DNA of 64,000 nucleotides from Catajapyx aquilonaris (Eukaryota). The position numbers and the translations under genes were made by a program. The stretch's first letter is position 1. Each line of letters begins with the position of its first letter. The notes beneath the pieces were generated by a model. The model saw only the letters and a program-made list of their open reading frames with translations. It was not told the DNA's origin and searched no databases. Below are positions 33,565-47,319 of this stretch, one piece after another. Location: NCBI GenBank assembly GCA_000934665.2, contig KZ538309.1:1-64000 (forward strand). Direction: 5' to 3'.

Positions 33565-36044
33565 TACTTAAGGATGCGGTAGACTCATCAGACAGGGTAG
33601 TGCACACGTCCTCCTGAGATATTGCACTTGCACCTCCCTCCTCGACATCCTTCCTTGCCAACAAACCAATCTATTTTCCTTAAAAGTTCAGATGTGATTG
33701 TCGACACTGGCACCCTTGCACTTCATTAGTCAAGTTAAAATGCCGTACAAATCCAACAATTTAAAACCTTCAATTTGCTGATTTTGTGCAAATAGGTCGA
33801 CTGTCAACATATCAACAGTTTTGACCTTTAACACTATTGTGCGCTACCCATTTACTAATAATTTCTTGTCCTTTCAGCTACGATGACTTGTAACAATTGT
33901 TACTAATACTATTTTATGTTTAATGTATACCCTCCCTCGCAATCAGCCTTTACACATAGCGTGAGACAACCGAACCTCAGGGGAAGTACCCCATGCGCAT
34001 CCGACAATTAACCATTTTTTTTCCAACCTTAAATATTTCACTCTCTTTATTCCCATTCCCATAACGGTTACATAAGCAACCGGTTTCCCTCATTTGACGC
34101 ACATTTGCTCCACAATTAAAACCAACCCCACCCTTGCAACCAGTGTAATGAGCAACAGGATGATGTAACCCCCCTCCAAAAGTGCGGTAACAAATTACAC
34201 AAGGCCAATGCCCCATTCAGTCAGACTGGCCAGATGCAAATAACTCAGGGGCCATTACCAGTCTCACCTCCGCCCCGGGGCAGACGCACAGGCTCTCTTT
34301 CTGCTGGAGGAATCCGGGGGTTGACACTACGTGGCCAGATGGAATTATCCGGACGACGGTGACATGTCACCTGACATTACCGCATCACTCATCACTACCA
34401 CGTGAATTTTAGGAACGGGCTATGCCTCGTTTGGGGGTTTTCCAAAAAAAAATATTTACAAAATTTTTGGGGGTTGGCAGGGTGACAGACGAAAGGGGCG
34501 TGGCCCGCGCTTTTCAAATCCTGATGTCGGACTTAGCCCATTTTCAACCGATTTTAGTTGGAAAAACAAGTGTGGACACACTCTCAAGCCTCCACGAGCG
34601 ACACTAACCCTTATCAAAAACCAGTTGTAAAACCCGCTATAAAATATACAGTACGAATAACTATTACACAACAATAACGTCATGCTGGGCCAATAGCTAA
34701 TAAAACATTTTATTGACCTGATAGTAAATAATTTTTATATAGCATTGCATAAGCAGATACTCCCTTTAATCAAATTCCTCATTAGTCAACATCCATTTGG
34801 TCCTCCGTGTCCTTCGTGTGTTCCGGAGGGCGCTTGCGTGGAACGGACGCGAGATGCGGCAGATAGTCAAGACGCCCGCGACGCCTACAGACGCGCCTAC
34901 AGACTCCACTCATCCCAGGTGAGGTCCAACCCACAATTTTACTTCGGAGGAAGTCGGAAGGGTCAGAAGGTCAAAGGTCGAATTTAAGACAGGTCGGGAT
35001 GTCCGAGACAAAAGGTCACGGGATGCTATGCGTTTTGTGTAAAATGCTGGACCACGGATCGATCGGATGGGTTATACCCGGGCATGCTCCGTAACCTTGA
35101 CCTCTGGCCTCGGACTGGCAAAGACAATACGTGCATCCAGGAAGTACGTAGCATTACTTGCGATCTGTAATTGCACATTTTTGCGACCTCATCAAATAAT
35201 TGCATAACTTCCCCCGAATACATGAGAGCATTAGGAAATTGCAGCTGTCAGGTCGTGTCAGGGGCTATAATGTTCAGTTTATTACGAGTGATTTGCATAC
35301 ACGCCAGTATCAAGTTGCTTCCATCTATTTAATAGCTCCCCCCTCCCCCTCCCCCCCAGCCCCGTTTCAAGAAAATCGATTCATCAGCGTGCATAGTTTA
35401 CACTTGGCCCTGGATGGCCCCAAATAGACAGCTTTAGGGGAAGTACTGCAACAAAGGAATGGTTGCTCATTAAGAGCAACAATGAAAGCTTGAGGCCATT
35501 CCTTGGTTGAAAGATTGATAGTTTGCAAATTGTAGCACACATGGTGGTGTTATGCAATATGATGACAGACTAATGTACTGGTACGTCATAATTATAAGTA
35601 GTATTCCAAGTATTGGGTATTCTGATCAAGGTTTTCTGCGATGGACACTTTCACAGAAAAGGTGTCAGATAGCTTTCGAAAATAGATTTGAATGATCATT
35701 AATCTACACAATTAAAAAAAAGACATGGCTAATATTAGTGCAAAATAATAATGCACAATAACACTGGGCAAAATTGGCAATTTCTCCATATGGATTTCTT
35801 GTTGGGCCAAATGAGTACGTTAAAGGAACAGCGGTCTACGTTACATGTTCAATAATCCTGCGCGCACCCATCAGCGAGGTGGCTATGCAAATATTTACTT
35901 TCTTTCCTTTCTTGCTTTCCTGCTATTCAGACAGGCCATGGTGCAAGTTTTGCTCATGTAAAAGGTCTGTGGTGGGAAGATCATCGTCTTAATGTGTGCT
36001 GCTTCACTATGCAGGTCTCTGGAAATGGCAACTTAGCAGAAGAA

Positions 36045-38831
36045 ATGCACCCAACAGTGTTTTGGTTTGTCCTGGCCCTATGGGCAACACCAGCATTAGT
36101 TGGGGGTTCAATACCACCCCCAACACCTATGCCCACTGTTTCCTGCCCAGTGCGATGCAGATGTGGGCTGCTGACCTCACTGAAGTCGGGTCGTCGCTTG
36201 ACAACAGTCGACTGCGCATTTGTACTGGCAGAGCCTGCACTGGCAGAATCTCTGCCGCCAAGCACACAGGCACTTAACTTGCGAGGGAACAGCTTGAGGG
36301 AGCTGCCTCACCTTCAGCCAAGGTAAAATATCAGCCAAATCATGTGCATGTTGTATTCCTTACATCAATAATTCATCACAAATAATATTCAAATTGGACT
36401 GCTTTTAAAAACACAAGTTAGCTTTGGATACAACAAAAGTAATAATACTCATATTTTCACCCTAAATGTGTAACAATGTAGGATGCTTTAGTTCCAGCCT
36501 CCTAGAGCTGGACATTTGTGGAAATAAGATCAAGGCATTGGGTCGAGCAAAGGCCTTTTCAAAGTTGCCTAAGCTACAGGAGCTTACTTTGGCTAAAAAT
36601 CAGCTGTCCACACTTTTCTCCGGAGCATTTCAGGCAAGTACTGCATCCCCCATATTATTTAACTCGCATTCAACCTTCTGATCGTAACTTCTTACAGGGA
36701 CTGAATGAACTCCGATCGCTGTCTGTGTCTGAGAACCGCGTGGCATACATTGAAGAAGGTGCACTGAGTGGCCTTCCACGTCTGTCCCGCCTAGATCTAT
36801 CCCACAATCTCTTAGGCTCAGTGTATGCTGATTGGTTCCGTGGCCTCCCTTCCCTTACTAACCTCTCCCTGGCCCACAACCGTGTCCACCATTTGCCAGC
36901 ACGTCTCTTCAGCGGTGCCCCTCGGCTCCGCTCGTTAGACCTCAGTGGAAACAGGCTGGGAGCCATTGATGCAGATGCATTCGCTTCGTTAACATCTTTA
37001 ACTACCCTCCTCCTCCAAGATAACCTCCTCTCGTCCCCTCCCTCCTCTGCTCTCAGTGCCCTGATCAACCTCCAGGACCTCCGCCTGGACAAAAACCCAC
37101 ACCAGAGACTCCCACCACGTTCCTTCAGCAATTTGGTGCACCTACAAAGACTGCACCTGGACCACCTTCCAGAGCTTAGGGTGGTAGAAGCTCAGGCATT
37201 TCATACACTGCCAGCCCTGAAGGAGTTGCAATTGCATGAGAACAGTAGATTTGCCTACCTGGACCCAAAGGCACTGACAGGAACACCATCCCTCAAGAGG
37301 TTGATGCTGCATGACAATGCACTGAGGACAGTGGCTGCTTCACTGATGGCAGGGTTGCCTCCTGGGGCATCGGTCTCCTTGCATGGGAATCCACTTCTGT
37401 GCGACTGCAACGTGCGGTGGTTGAGAAACCTTCTGCAAAATCAAGTATTGCTTTTACCGTTATCTTTATGAACTCATGGTTTTTTTCAGTTTTTAAGAGT
37501 AACCATAATCAGGCTTTAAATTAACATGGCTAATTAACATGACATTGACATTTTGTAAACGTATTTGATATTATTTCCAGGAAAGTGCAAATCCACTAAA
37601 TGCATCGCTAATAGTAGAAGAGGGTGAACATGTGACATGTGCTTCACCTGAGCGTGCCCGTCACAAGCTGGTCCGTGATGTGGGTCCTCAGCAGGTTGGG
37701 AAGCGCTGCGCACCAACTCTCCTTGATGTGACCTGGGGTTCCGAACCACAAGAGGGCGACCTTCGAGTTGAGGCAGGAGGTGATGACACCAAGACCACCG
37801 AACCACGTGTCATTGAGCGGCGAGTTGGAGATGAACTGATTCTAGAGTGCCGGGCTCTGGGTGAACCTGAGCCCCGTCTGCGATGGAACTTGCCTCGAAA
37901 CATGTCAGCAAATGCAGTACATGAGGCAGAGCTAGCACACCTGACAGCACCTGGAACCCTTGTCATACCCCATGTCATGGCAGCAGACTCTGGGATGTAC
38001 TCTTGCGCAGCAGAAAATGCACTGGGTTCAGCTAAGGTTTCATGGATTGTCAGCGTGGTGCCACTTGATTTGCATCTATTTGCATCTGCCTCCAGTGCAA
38101 CATTCATCACACTTGTGTGGAATGGAACACAACGGCATGCATTCCCACGGTATGTCATACGGTATGTGGCAGTGGGTGATGACAACGGAGACCCTGAGTC
38201 CACCACATGGGTGTCCCCATTCAGGAGGTCATACACAGTGGCACCACTTCTGCCTGCTACCAGGTATTGAATGATCAATTTCCATTTTACTATATGAAAG
38301 TACAGGAATTAGCTGTAATGGTATTGGATAAAAACATGGAAGAACTCCAGCAATGTTATGAAGGCAAGCACACAACTACTGAAAATTCACCTTTCAATTT
38401 TAATGCACAGGTACCGCTTCTGCTTGGTCTTCCGTGACGGATCTGGCTCCCACAGCCCCTTATCCCCCTCTCACCATACAGACCAGTGGACCCTGACCCT
38501 GGCATGCACTGAGGCACGAACCCAGGACCCCAGCTTCCTTGCCCAGGGGATATCTCGTCCACCAGCCACAGCTGCCCTGATGGCCCTTGGAGCTGTCCTG
38601 CTGCTGGCAGTCACAATTGCCCTCTCCTGCGCAGGACTGGCTCTCCTTCGCCGCATACGCAAACGGGGCCGCTACCTCTGCCCTCCCCAGTCCTCTTGCC
38701 TCTCCTCCCACCCAACACCGCATGCGGCCCATGCACAGGGACACACCCTGTACCATCGCAGGGCACCACACATACCCATGGACAGCCTCAAGAGTCCGCT
38801 CATAGGGACTGCCTCGTCCAGCTCCTCCTGA
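36045..38831 (+). CDS. Leucine-rich repeat neuronal protein-like type I membrane protein (SP-LRRNT-LRRs-LRRCT-Ig-FN3-TM)
   Basis: Exons 36045-36322, about 36492-36633, 36698-37444, 37581-38263, 38411-38831. Signal peptide MHPTVFWFVLALWATPALVG, LRRNT CPVRCRC, many LxxLxLxxN repeats, LRRCT GNPLLCDCNVRWL, Ig (LECRALGEPEP..W; DSGMYSCAAEN), FN3 (ITLVW...LLPATRYRFC) and TM ALMALGAVLLLAVTIAL. The last LRRs recall vertebrate LRRN1-3. Confidence 0.9.
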
Positions 38832-41130
38832 CACACACTCTGCTGCCCTTCCCCATCTCCTACGCCCACCACCACCTCCAAGTCTCCTCCTCCCAACCAT
38901 ACGCACATGCCCGGAACCACCACAATGGGTGCCATCCTTTAAGCTGCCAAACCGGGTCAGATGGAATATTACCAACAGGTTCCAACGTGAACCTTGTAGT
39001 GTGGTTTTCATTTCAGTATCTTTGCACCAACTTGTATGAGAAGGAGCAACTATACTGCGACCAAACCCATGATTTACACCTGATATGGTGTGCTCACTTT
39101 GTACTCAGCACCTACTTCCCAACCGGGGGTGTATCCTACTGTCGCACTTTGATGTGAATAACCCTGTCATATTGGCATCCCAAAGTTATGCCTGTGCAAT
39201 CATGCATGGTCAAGCTTTACATGAAACCTTCCAAAATACTAGCAAGCTGCCACATAGGTTTTGTCTCAACTGACCAAAGGTAGCTGAAACGCAAGAGACC
39301 TCGAAGACGCAATTCTCCGAGATCCTCTGCCAGACGTGAGGAGATTGATCTAACATCAGTTTTCTGGAAAGCTGAGGCTACGTTGTTTGTGATGGCAAGA
39401 GATTAAGATTTTGGACAGGTTTTGTTCTGGAGGAAAGCTTTTGTACAGGCATAAAAACTTTTGGATCCCAAGATTTATTGTCACCAATGGGTCACCCGGT
39501 CATTCATTGTTGGGAAAGCACAAATATCATTAACATTGTTCACAACACCGCACTACCAAGCATATGTCAGTAAGTTGTCACTTACAGCTCACAAAGAATA
39601 TTATGCCACATATGTCTTTAAAAAAAATAATTTCAGACTGTAGCAAAGGCTGTGACTGTCCAAGATGTGAACTAAAGTTTCTGCACAATTTCTTTTGGCT
39701 AATCTGCAACAATTGTTTCCTCAATACCAGGCACATATTGGGCTATATCTACACACATGAACGTGTGTGTAAACCTTAGATCTTAGCAGAGCAATTAATT
39801 TTCATGCATGGCTTGCTTCGTAACAGTGGAAAGAAGCATTGAGACTATTTTATTACGCCGAAACTCATGTCTTGTTGTATGGGTGTTGAATAGTTCTTGA
39901 TGTTTTTGTGTTCACACTCCTTTTGTCATGACAGTCATCCTGTACAGAACTTCAACTGGTATATTATTCTGACTACAGTACTGTATATACTGTGTAAATA
40001 ATTCCACGAGCCATTTGGCACTAGCACTTAACGTAGAGATTGATGTTCTGAGTGTTTTTATATATCGTGTGTGCTTAAGGTGCTTAACTTATACTGCCAT
40101 CACTACACCTACTCCTGGGGCTAAATGAATAAGACGCACCCGAACACCCTGTAGTGAAATAATTATAAACACATTAAAATTGCATCATGCAAATCTTATA
40201 TGGCTCTGGCAGTAAAAATACACAGAAATATAAATGAAACAGGAGCAACTTCTGGTTGATGACGTACCACAATAATTGTGGCCTGTTTTGTGACCAAATT
40301 AATTTAATAGTTTATGACAGTATATAATCATCGCAATAAACTTACACCTCCCTGCAATGCACTGCTTGTAAACTCTTACACAAATTATTAATTGTGTAAT
40401 GCATGTTAAGAAAAATGCCTGCACATATAGAGGTTAGGCTTACTGCAGCAGTCAATGCAGCCATGTGCACGTGGTTGTAAAGCTTCACAATTATACCTTA
40501 TTAGAGCAGGCTTCAGTACACACCAATGCAACGTTTCATCTAAAAATGAGTAGTTCATACTGACTCCTTCATGTGTTCAGAAAATTTCATAGTTACCTGA
40601 AGTAACTGAAGCATTTTGAAACCTTAAGAATCTTGTTGTACCAGTTCAGAGGACCGAAACTCCTTTCACTGTTTTAAATATTTGCAGGCACAATCTCCAG
40701 CAGAACAGGAGCATCCATCATAACATATCGAGTGTCAACCACTCTTCCCTGAAAACTTGTGACATCATGAAACAACACCTGGTCCACAATTCTTCTGGCA
40801 TTTCTATTGTTGCCTGTTCTGAGTCATTAAAAGGTATAAAATACACTCTCCATCCTGTCATCCGAACCAATACCACGTGTCTATTGCATTTTATCTGTCA
40901 CCTTCATGGTCTGACAACGCACCAACTTTAGAAAAATGGTGTGGTATTGCATAAAGTGCACATAATATGTAGTTGTTAATTTGTATGTAAAATCATGTTC
41001 CTTGCCTTGTGTGTTCAACTAATACTTCTGTTTTTGTGTGGGGAGGAGGGAAGGAAAATTCTGCAGCAATAAATATCACTTCCTCCTTGTGAGAAAAACT
41101 TTTAATTTAACCAACCTGATTTCCCATTCA

Positions 41131-42734
41131 CTACAGGAAAAATTTCCGCCGACTGGTTTGCATCTGGTGGCGCTTGTTAGTGATGATCCATTCGTATTCA
41201 CCAGTTTTGCTATCAAAAGTTCCATTTTGCAGTGAGCGCAGTTTCAGAGTGAAGCGAGGGCCGATTTCACGAAGGTTGACTCTCTTTTCATTCTTAAACT
41301 CATACCTGGAATCATTCTTTGTGAACTCAAAAGTTCCTCATTCCAATTTAAATGCACAAAATAATGATCAGACCTGTGATGACGAACAAATATGTAGTCT
41401 CGCTGGTTGTGGAATGTGACAGCTCTTCTTCCTTGGAAATCAGGATCATAGTGGAACAGGGCAGCCAGCATTCGAGCAACACCATGACCCAAGCGAGTTG
41501 TGAAGTTATTAAGGATAACTTCCGGCCGATGATCAGTGATGCTTTTCCAATGCCTCTGCAAAATATGTAAAATGATAACTCACTCATTTTGTCTGTCACT
41601 ACTATCACACAAAGAGGAAATATTGGAAATAAGGCAGACTTTTAAGACTGATTGAATGAAAGAAACGCAAGGGTAAATCTTCGACACACAACACATGATC
41701 TGAGATTTTATCTTGGTACCATACCTTAATATCTGTAGTAAGCCTGACATTGCTGATCTTGAAGAGAGCTGTAGGTCCCTCAGGCAAATGGATCACCAGC
41801 AACCCAGCTAGCAAGTAAAATTCAATTAATAAACATTAATTCTCGTTAGGCCAGTTACTTACTGGGTTCTCTCCTATCTTCATTCACTATGAGGATGTCG
41901 GTGTATCCCCTCTCGGTGGCAGACGCCACCATTTTCTTAACAGCGCAACGATTCCTCAGCCGTCTGTCAGCGTTAGGGATTATCCTGGCCAACTCCTTCA
42001 CAAAGAAGTTTGTTTTCTGCAAGTGGAAAGGAACCGACCTTATTTTCTCTCTGTATTAGCGTAGGTTTATTGGGAATTCTGTCATATCCCCCCACTATCA
42101 AAAGCTATCAGTAGTACTTAGTCTACAAAAAAAGTTTGGTTTGGAGAAAACCCTGAAATCGTAGGGTTTATTATTAACTACTTGTACATTCAACTAGACT
42201 TAATTGCATTCTCACACTTACCTTGTGTGGGTTGTCCGAAGTCGTGATGAGAACCTTAGGCTCGTAACTCCGTTCAAAGTAAGTACTAAAGGAGTCGGTC
42301 TGCAAGTCCTGTATGTCCTCCTCATCCCCATCCTTCACCGTGGTTGGATCTGGAATGCGCTGGTTCTCAATAGTCTTGGGGACCTTCTTCGGCGCTTCCT
42401 CCTCGCTTGGCCCAGCCTTGCGCTTCTTCTTCTTAATAGACTGACTCAACTGCGGGAATTACAATGAAATCATACCACTGAACAACAACAATGCATCAGT
42501 GCACGTTACCTTGGCCATCTGCTTCTTCCATTTCTGGTATTCCTCCACCCTCCTGAACTTGGACTTGATCCCATTGATGAACTTGAGCCTTCTCTGAAGC
42601 GCCCTTTTGGCCTCCTCGTCCTCTGAAGGAGGGTCATCTTCCTCATCTTCTTCATGATCATCCCCGACGTCCACCTCCTCAAATTCTATCCCGCTTTCTT
42701 CGGCGCCAGATGAACCCACGTTGTCGTCCGCCAT
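41131..42734 (-). CDS. RPF1: Ribosome production factor 1 (Brix domain)
   Basis: Six exons (approx. 42734-42510, 42449-42222, 42016-41862, 41807-41723, 41555-41374, 41305-41131). Motifs [74 protein letters not shown] and C-terminal TSRRKFFL*. Confidence 0.95.
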
Positions 42735-44445
42735 CTTTTCCTTCGGGAACAGCAAGGCTCAAATCACGTCGCGCTCGCTAATAACGACTGCGATTCTATT
42801 ATACGCTACTCGCACAATTCATGTGGAGAAAAATGCTGCTAGTTTAAAATAGCGCTTAATACCTTCCTTTCTCACTACCGTACATTGTCCAGTACCGTAA
42901 AATCATAATCGTGATTTTTATTTTATTTAGTATTAGTGCCATCATTGTATTTTATGGAGCATCAAATATTTCTAATGGTATGTTCACTATAGGCCACTCT
43001 GGCTACGTTCAAACCAAGACGGCGCAACCTTGCCACAAAATTAATATTCAACATCAGTTTTGTTCTTATTGCACTGGCCACTTCCAGTGACCTGGCTAGA
43101 GTGGCACTATGATATGCGACATCCTTTTGCTGAAAAAGATCTACAACAAAAAACTCAGGTTAAAACACATAACAGCATTTATCTCTCAATTCTGCACACT
43201 TGCAATAACAAGTAGCACCCTTACAATAAAGCTATAAATTATGCACAGTAATGTAAGCCCTGGCCTTTCTCTGGAATGTCTGAGTAACAAACTTCAACAG
43301 ATGGTTTGACCAGACGTAGAAGAGTGGGCAGCAAAGCGTGGTGATAATCTCCTATTTCACAGCATCTACACCGTGTGGCAACCTATGTTCCAAAGCTCCA
43401 GATGTGGAAAATGAACTATCACACTTCTGGCAGTTAATAGTTCATTCCATTTCGATACAAAGATGATTAGTAATGCTAGTTTCAAACAATAAGGCAGTCC
43501 ATTCCAAAGTTTTGTACAACCCACATTTTCTACAGACGAAGTTATTACAAAAATACTTCTCTGTTAGCTACGCAAATACAATAGTAATACAACATGTCTG
43601 ATCAAAAGATCTTTTGTCCTAGTATTTCCAAGTGCGTCATTTGTCAGTGCTAATAATTTGGCATGATTAGTCTAAAAGCTTCAGAAATGCATCATGTCAT
43701 TACATAAACTGGATGCTATCCAGAATTTCACATTGTCCAATCTAGTGATTTGAATTACTTTAATATTTTAGGATGCTTTTTCAATCACATGCAATGCCAT
43801 CTAAAATATCCTCATAAATTACGTAAACACACCTAAAGTATCTGATGTTGAATAACAAAACTTAAAGTGTGATGTATTGTGATTGTCATTCAAGTCATAA
43901 TTATGCAAAGTCAGGTAAAGATCACAGACATTTCAAGAGGTAAGTACAGCATTTACTACGATATAGAGTGCACTGTCTTCTAATCCACAGCCAACTACTT
44001 TGAAATATAAAGACCTTTGCTAACGATCTGTATCCATGTAATCGTACCATGGGGTCAAGCGCAGTTTATTCCACAAGGAAATAGTGCTGACATCACAATG
44101 GACAACAATGACTGTCAACAATTAAAGTCCTGTGATGTCACTCCTCTTTAAATAAACTGTACATAACTTTGCCCGTATCAGCACAACATTTCATTCTCAA
44201 ATGTGTTGCCTAATGACAGTCATTGAAAAAAGCTTCATCAATAGGCAAAAACTTTTGTTCAAGAGAGACCTACAGAGATGCAAGTTACCAAACAAGAGAA
44301 CTACTCAGAAAACATGACCAGCTGCAAAAAAGTACCACCTTGATTTTTGACCCATCCTTTTAAGAAACACCCTATACAGAGTAAATCCTGCATATTGCTG
44401 TACATCTGTGGATTCAATATTAGAGAAACCATCAAAATAATACTC

Positions 44446-46468
44446 TTATTTCTTTTTCTTCGACTTTGCTTGTTTCTTGTCTTGTTCCTTCTTGGCAACT
44501 GCAGCCTTCCTGTCCCTGATCATTCCTGGAATGTCGCTGAAGAGAAAGGTCCCTGAGAAGACCAGCGCAGTTCCAATCCAGTGGGCCATTGTGAACGGGT
44601 TTTTGAAGTACATGATTGAGAAGATGAGGCTCAAAAACTTGCGGAGAGTAACCACCAAGGTCACGGTCAGAGATGCACATTCGGTGGTCAGCACAAACAC
44701 AGAATTGATGCATACATATCTAAGTACTTTGTCGTAGAAAATATCAATTTGGGATGTAAAATTTATATTTGCCAGACATTAAAGGATACTGAGTGATGAC
44801 GTTTCCTATGAGAAAAATCCACGTTCTAGGGACAGAACCAAGCAGTGGGAGAATCAGCACAGGAGATGCATTTGCAATGTCAAGGTGAGTCAGCAAATCT
44901 TTGTACAAGAGAAGAAATCCAGGAAGAGGAAGTGCATGCTGAAAGGCAAAAATTACGGCATTTAAAAGTCATTAAAACTTGATGGACAGTTACAAAATCA
45001 AGCTCTTTCACCTAGTGCAGAAATCGACACCAGTACCAGCTTCAAATAAGTACATATTTCATTTGGAGCAATGCAACAGTAACTTACTGTTGACAAACGC
45101 TTTCTCAACGCCTGATTTACTTTGCATTTCAAAACACCTCAAAAATACCTGATAAGAATAATAAAATATCAAGAAACACTGACTGTGAAAAAAAGGGCCT
45201 CTCGAGGATGCTTCCCATAATTCTTGTATATCACCTCCTGATATATTCCCATTCGGGCAGACATGAACAAGGCAAAAGTCAGGAGAGAGATGCCCACTAG
45301 CCACCATAGGTAGTGCGTTAATTCTGCACTGGCAGCGTCTGCTTCACTAGTATCCTCCTCACTGCTTGTGCTATTAGCATCTCTTGCTTCAGAAGGTACA
45401 GCTGACTTCTTCAAAGGAAAATGATTATAGAGACCTCTTCAATAAATACACCAAATGGAGATAACACACTTACAACTTGCTGCCCAGATGCGATAGTGCA
45501 GGCAGTGATACCTAGTGATATCATCAGCACAGAGATGTACTTCATGAGCGTGTAGCGGCGCTTCAGAATTATTATTCCCATCACCATGTTGGCCATCAGA
45601 GAACCCTGAATATAAAAACTGGAGTATTAGCATATGTCTAAATAGCAATAAAACACATTTCTTACAGCTCTGAAGATCATGTGCAGCGGCATGGCGATGT
45701 TGAAGTTCAACGCATAGTTGTTGGTAATGCTTACCACGAAGAAGAACGACACCAGTATCACATATTCGCTAGTGAAGATGTTGGTAGAGTTAATATCAAA
45801 CTTCATATTAATTTTGAATAATATTAACAGCCTCACCTGGCAGGTATAGAAGGTTTCTTGGTCCCACATCGCATTGTGGTGATAAAACCTTCGACTGCGA
45901 TGAACAAGAACTGCAGGAAAGTAATGAGGTTTCCGCTTCCAGGATCATCCCTGAGTAAAGAAAATTTTTATTACTAGGCCTATCTTACACAGTACGCATT
46001 CTTCATTGTTATTACACAGCTGGGAAGCGCAGGTGTTTACATGCTTATGTGGGAAATCAAGCATGGAATGTTCCATTATTATTCTTCTTACTGGAGGTCA
46101 CTAAATTACAAATATGTCTAATTAAAATGCACTGCTGCCCTTGGTAGCTTTCAACAAACTACTGTTCATTAATGTTTTTAAAATGTTATACGACATCAGC
46201 ATTATTGGCATGATACTGACCAGTTCAAATAGTGCCATTTCATGCACAAACACCAATCAATACTTAGCACCACCTGACATTTCCATCTGATCAATCGAGC
46301 ACTTGCAATGTGATACCGCAGCATCCTGAATACCACCGCACACACAATGGTGCTATCAATCAGAACATGACAATAATTATCAGGCACTCACTTGACTAGC
46401 AGTTCGAGGAACACGACGTTGGTACAGCAGCCAATCATGACAAAAACCATTGCTAGAGCAGCCTTCAT
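44446..46468 (-). CDS. SLC35B4: UDP-xylose/UDP-GlcNAc transporter (SLC35B4/YEA4/Efr family)
   Basis: Starts MKAALAMVFVMIGCCTNVVFLELLV. Motifs DPGSGNLITFLQFLF, NNYALNFNIAMPLHMIFRAGSL, SARMGIYQE..YGKHPREALF and LTVTLVVTLRKFLSL..YFKNPFT. Ends in a C-terminal KKKK ER-retrieval-type signal. Seven coding exons. Confidence 0.95.
44720..44789 (-). other. U12-type (minor spliceosome) GT-AG intron, last intron of SLC35B4
   Basis: The 5' splice site GTATCCTTT matches the U12 consensus and there is no polypyrimidine tract before the AG. Removal restores NVITQ|YVCINSVFVLTTEC. Confidence 0.8.
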
Positions 46469-46669
46469 CTTGAGGGAAGTTGTCCTACACACACGTGTAT
46501 GTCGATCTTCCTCTGGAGACTTGTACCCCCCGCTGTGCTGTCTGCTGTGCGGGGATGCTGCTGCTCACCCTCCAATCGGGACCAGCATTTATGTAATGCG
46601 ATACCGACCGGGAGAGACTCTGTTATGAGATTCGTGTGTGTGTGCAGCTGGCCTTCAGATTGATACTTG

Positions 46670-46722
46670 CAGTGTTGGAACCTGTTTCCAACCCTGGTCG
46701 CACACCTCTATTTCCAACACTG
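46670..46722. promoter_or_regulatory. Inverted CAGTGTTGGAA...TTCCAACACTG motif cluster upstream of SLC35B4
   Basis: 11-bp inverted repeat plus an internal CCAACCCTG about 200 bp upstream of the ATG. Resembles arthropod housekeeping-promoter Motif-1-like elements; could instead be a MITE remnant. Confidence 0.3.
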
Positions 46723-47319
46723 TCAGATTATTTGCGGAAACTAATTGACGCGCTTCATTTGAGCCCAACATGACCAGGTTCGTTGATTGTACAACGTGTT
46801 TGGATGTTAAAAATGTTTCGGGTATGGGAAGATGCATGTTTATTTGTGTCCCCTTGCATATGGGCACCAGCTGAGGCGGAATGGTGCTTTCTGGTCCATG
46901 TACACAACTTGGGTGCGTTACAGCCAAAAATATTCAGTTGCTGCGAAATAGTTGAAATGCAGAAAATGGGCACCGTCAACGCTCTGAGGCGCTTTTCAGC
47001 ACTCATTCAATGGCATAAAATGCATCAAATATTTACATTATACTTTATACATAGTATAACACAAGTTCTGATTAAATTTTTACATGTCGAACAATCATTA
47101 AAAATTACACATTTTAATACACAGCAGTATGCCTTTAACATATTGCTCAACAGTAACATACATAATTAAAGCACGGATTTATCTACTTTCAGCAACTTCA
47201 GTTTACCCAAACGTATCTGACCTGTCTTGCACATCGTTTGCTATATAAAATGGCACGTCATCCTATCATCAGTTCATAAATCTCCATTTATCAATATTAA
47301 CATGTAAAACTATCCTGTT

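Noticed and set aside
31259..34330. Iron-responsive element in the ALAS 5'UTR
   Set aside because: CAGTGN hexamers on the minus strand (e.g. about 32061 and 32658) lack the 5-bp upper stem and bulged C; no canonical IRE seen.
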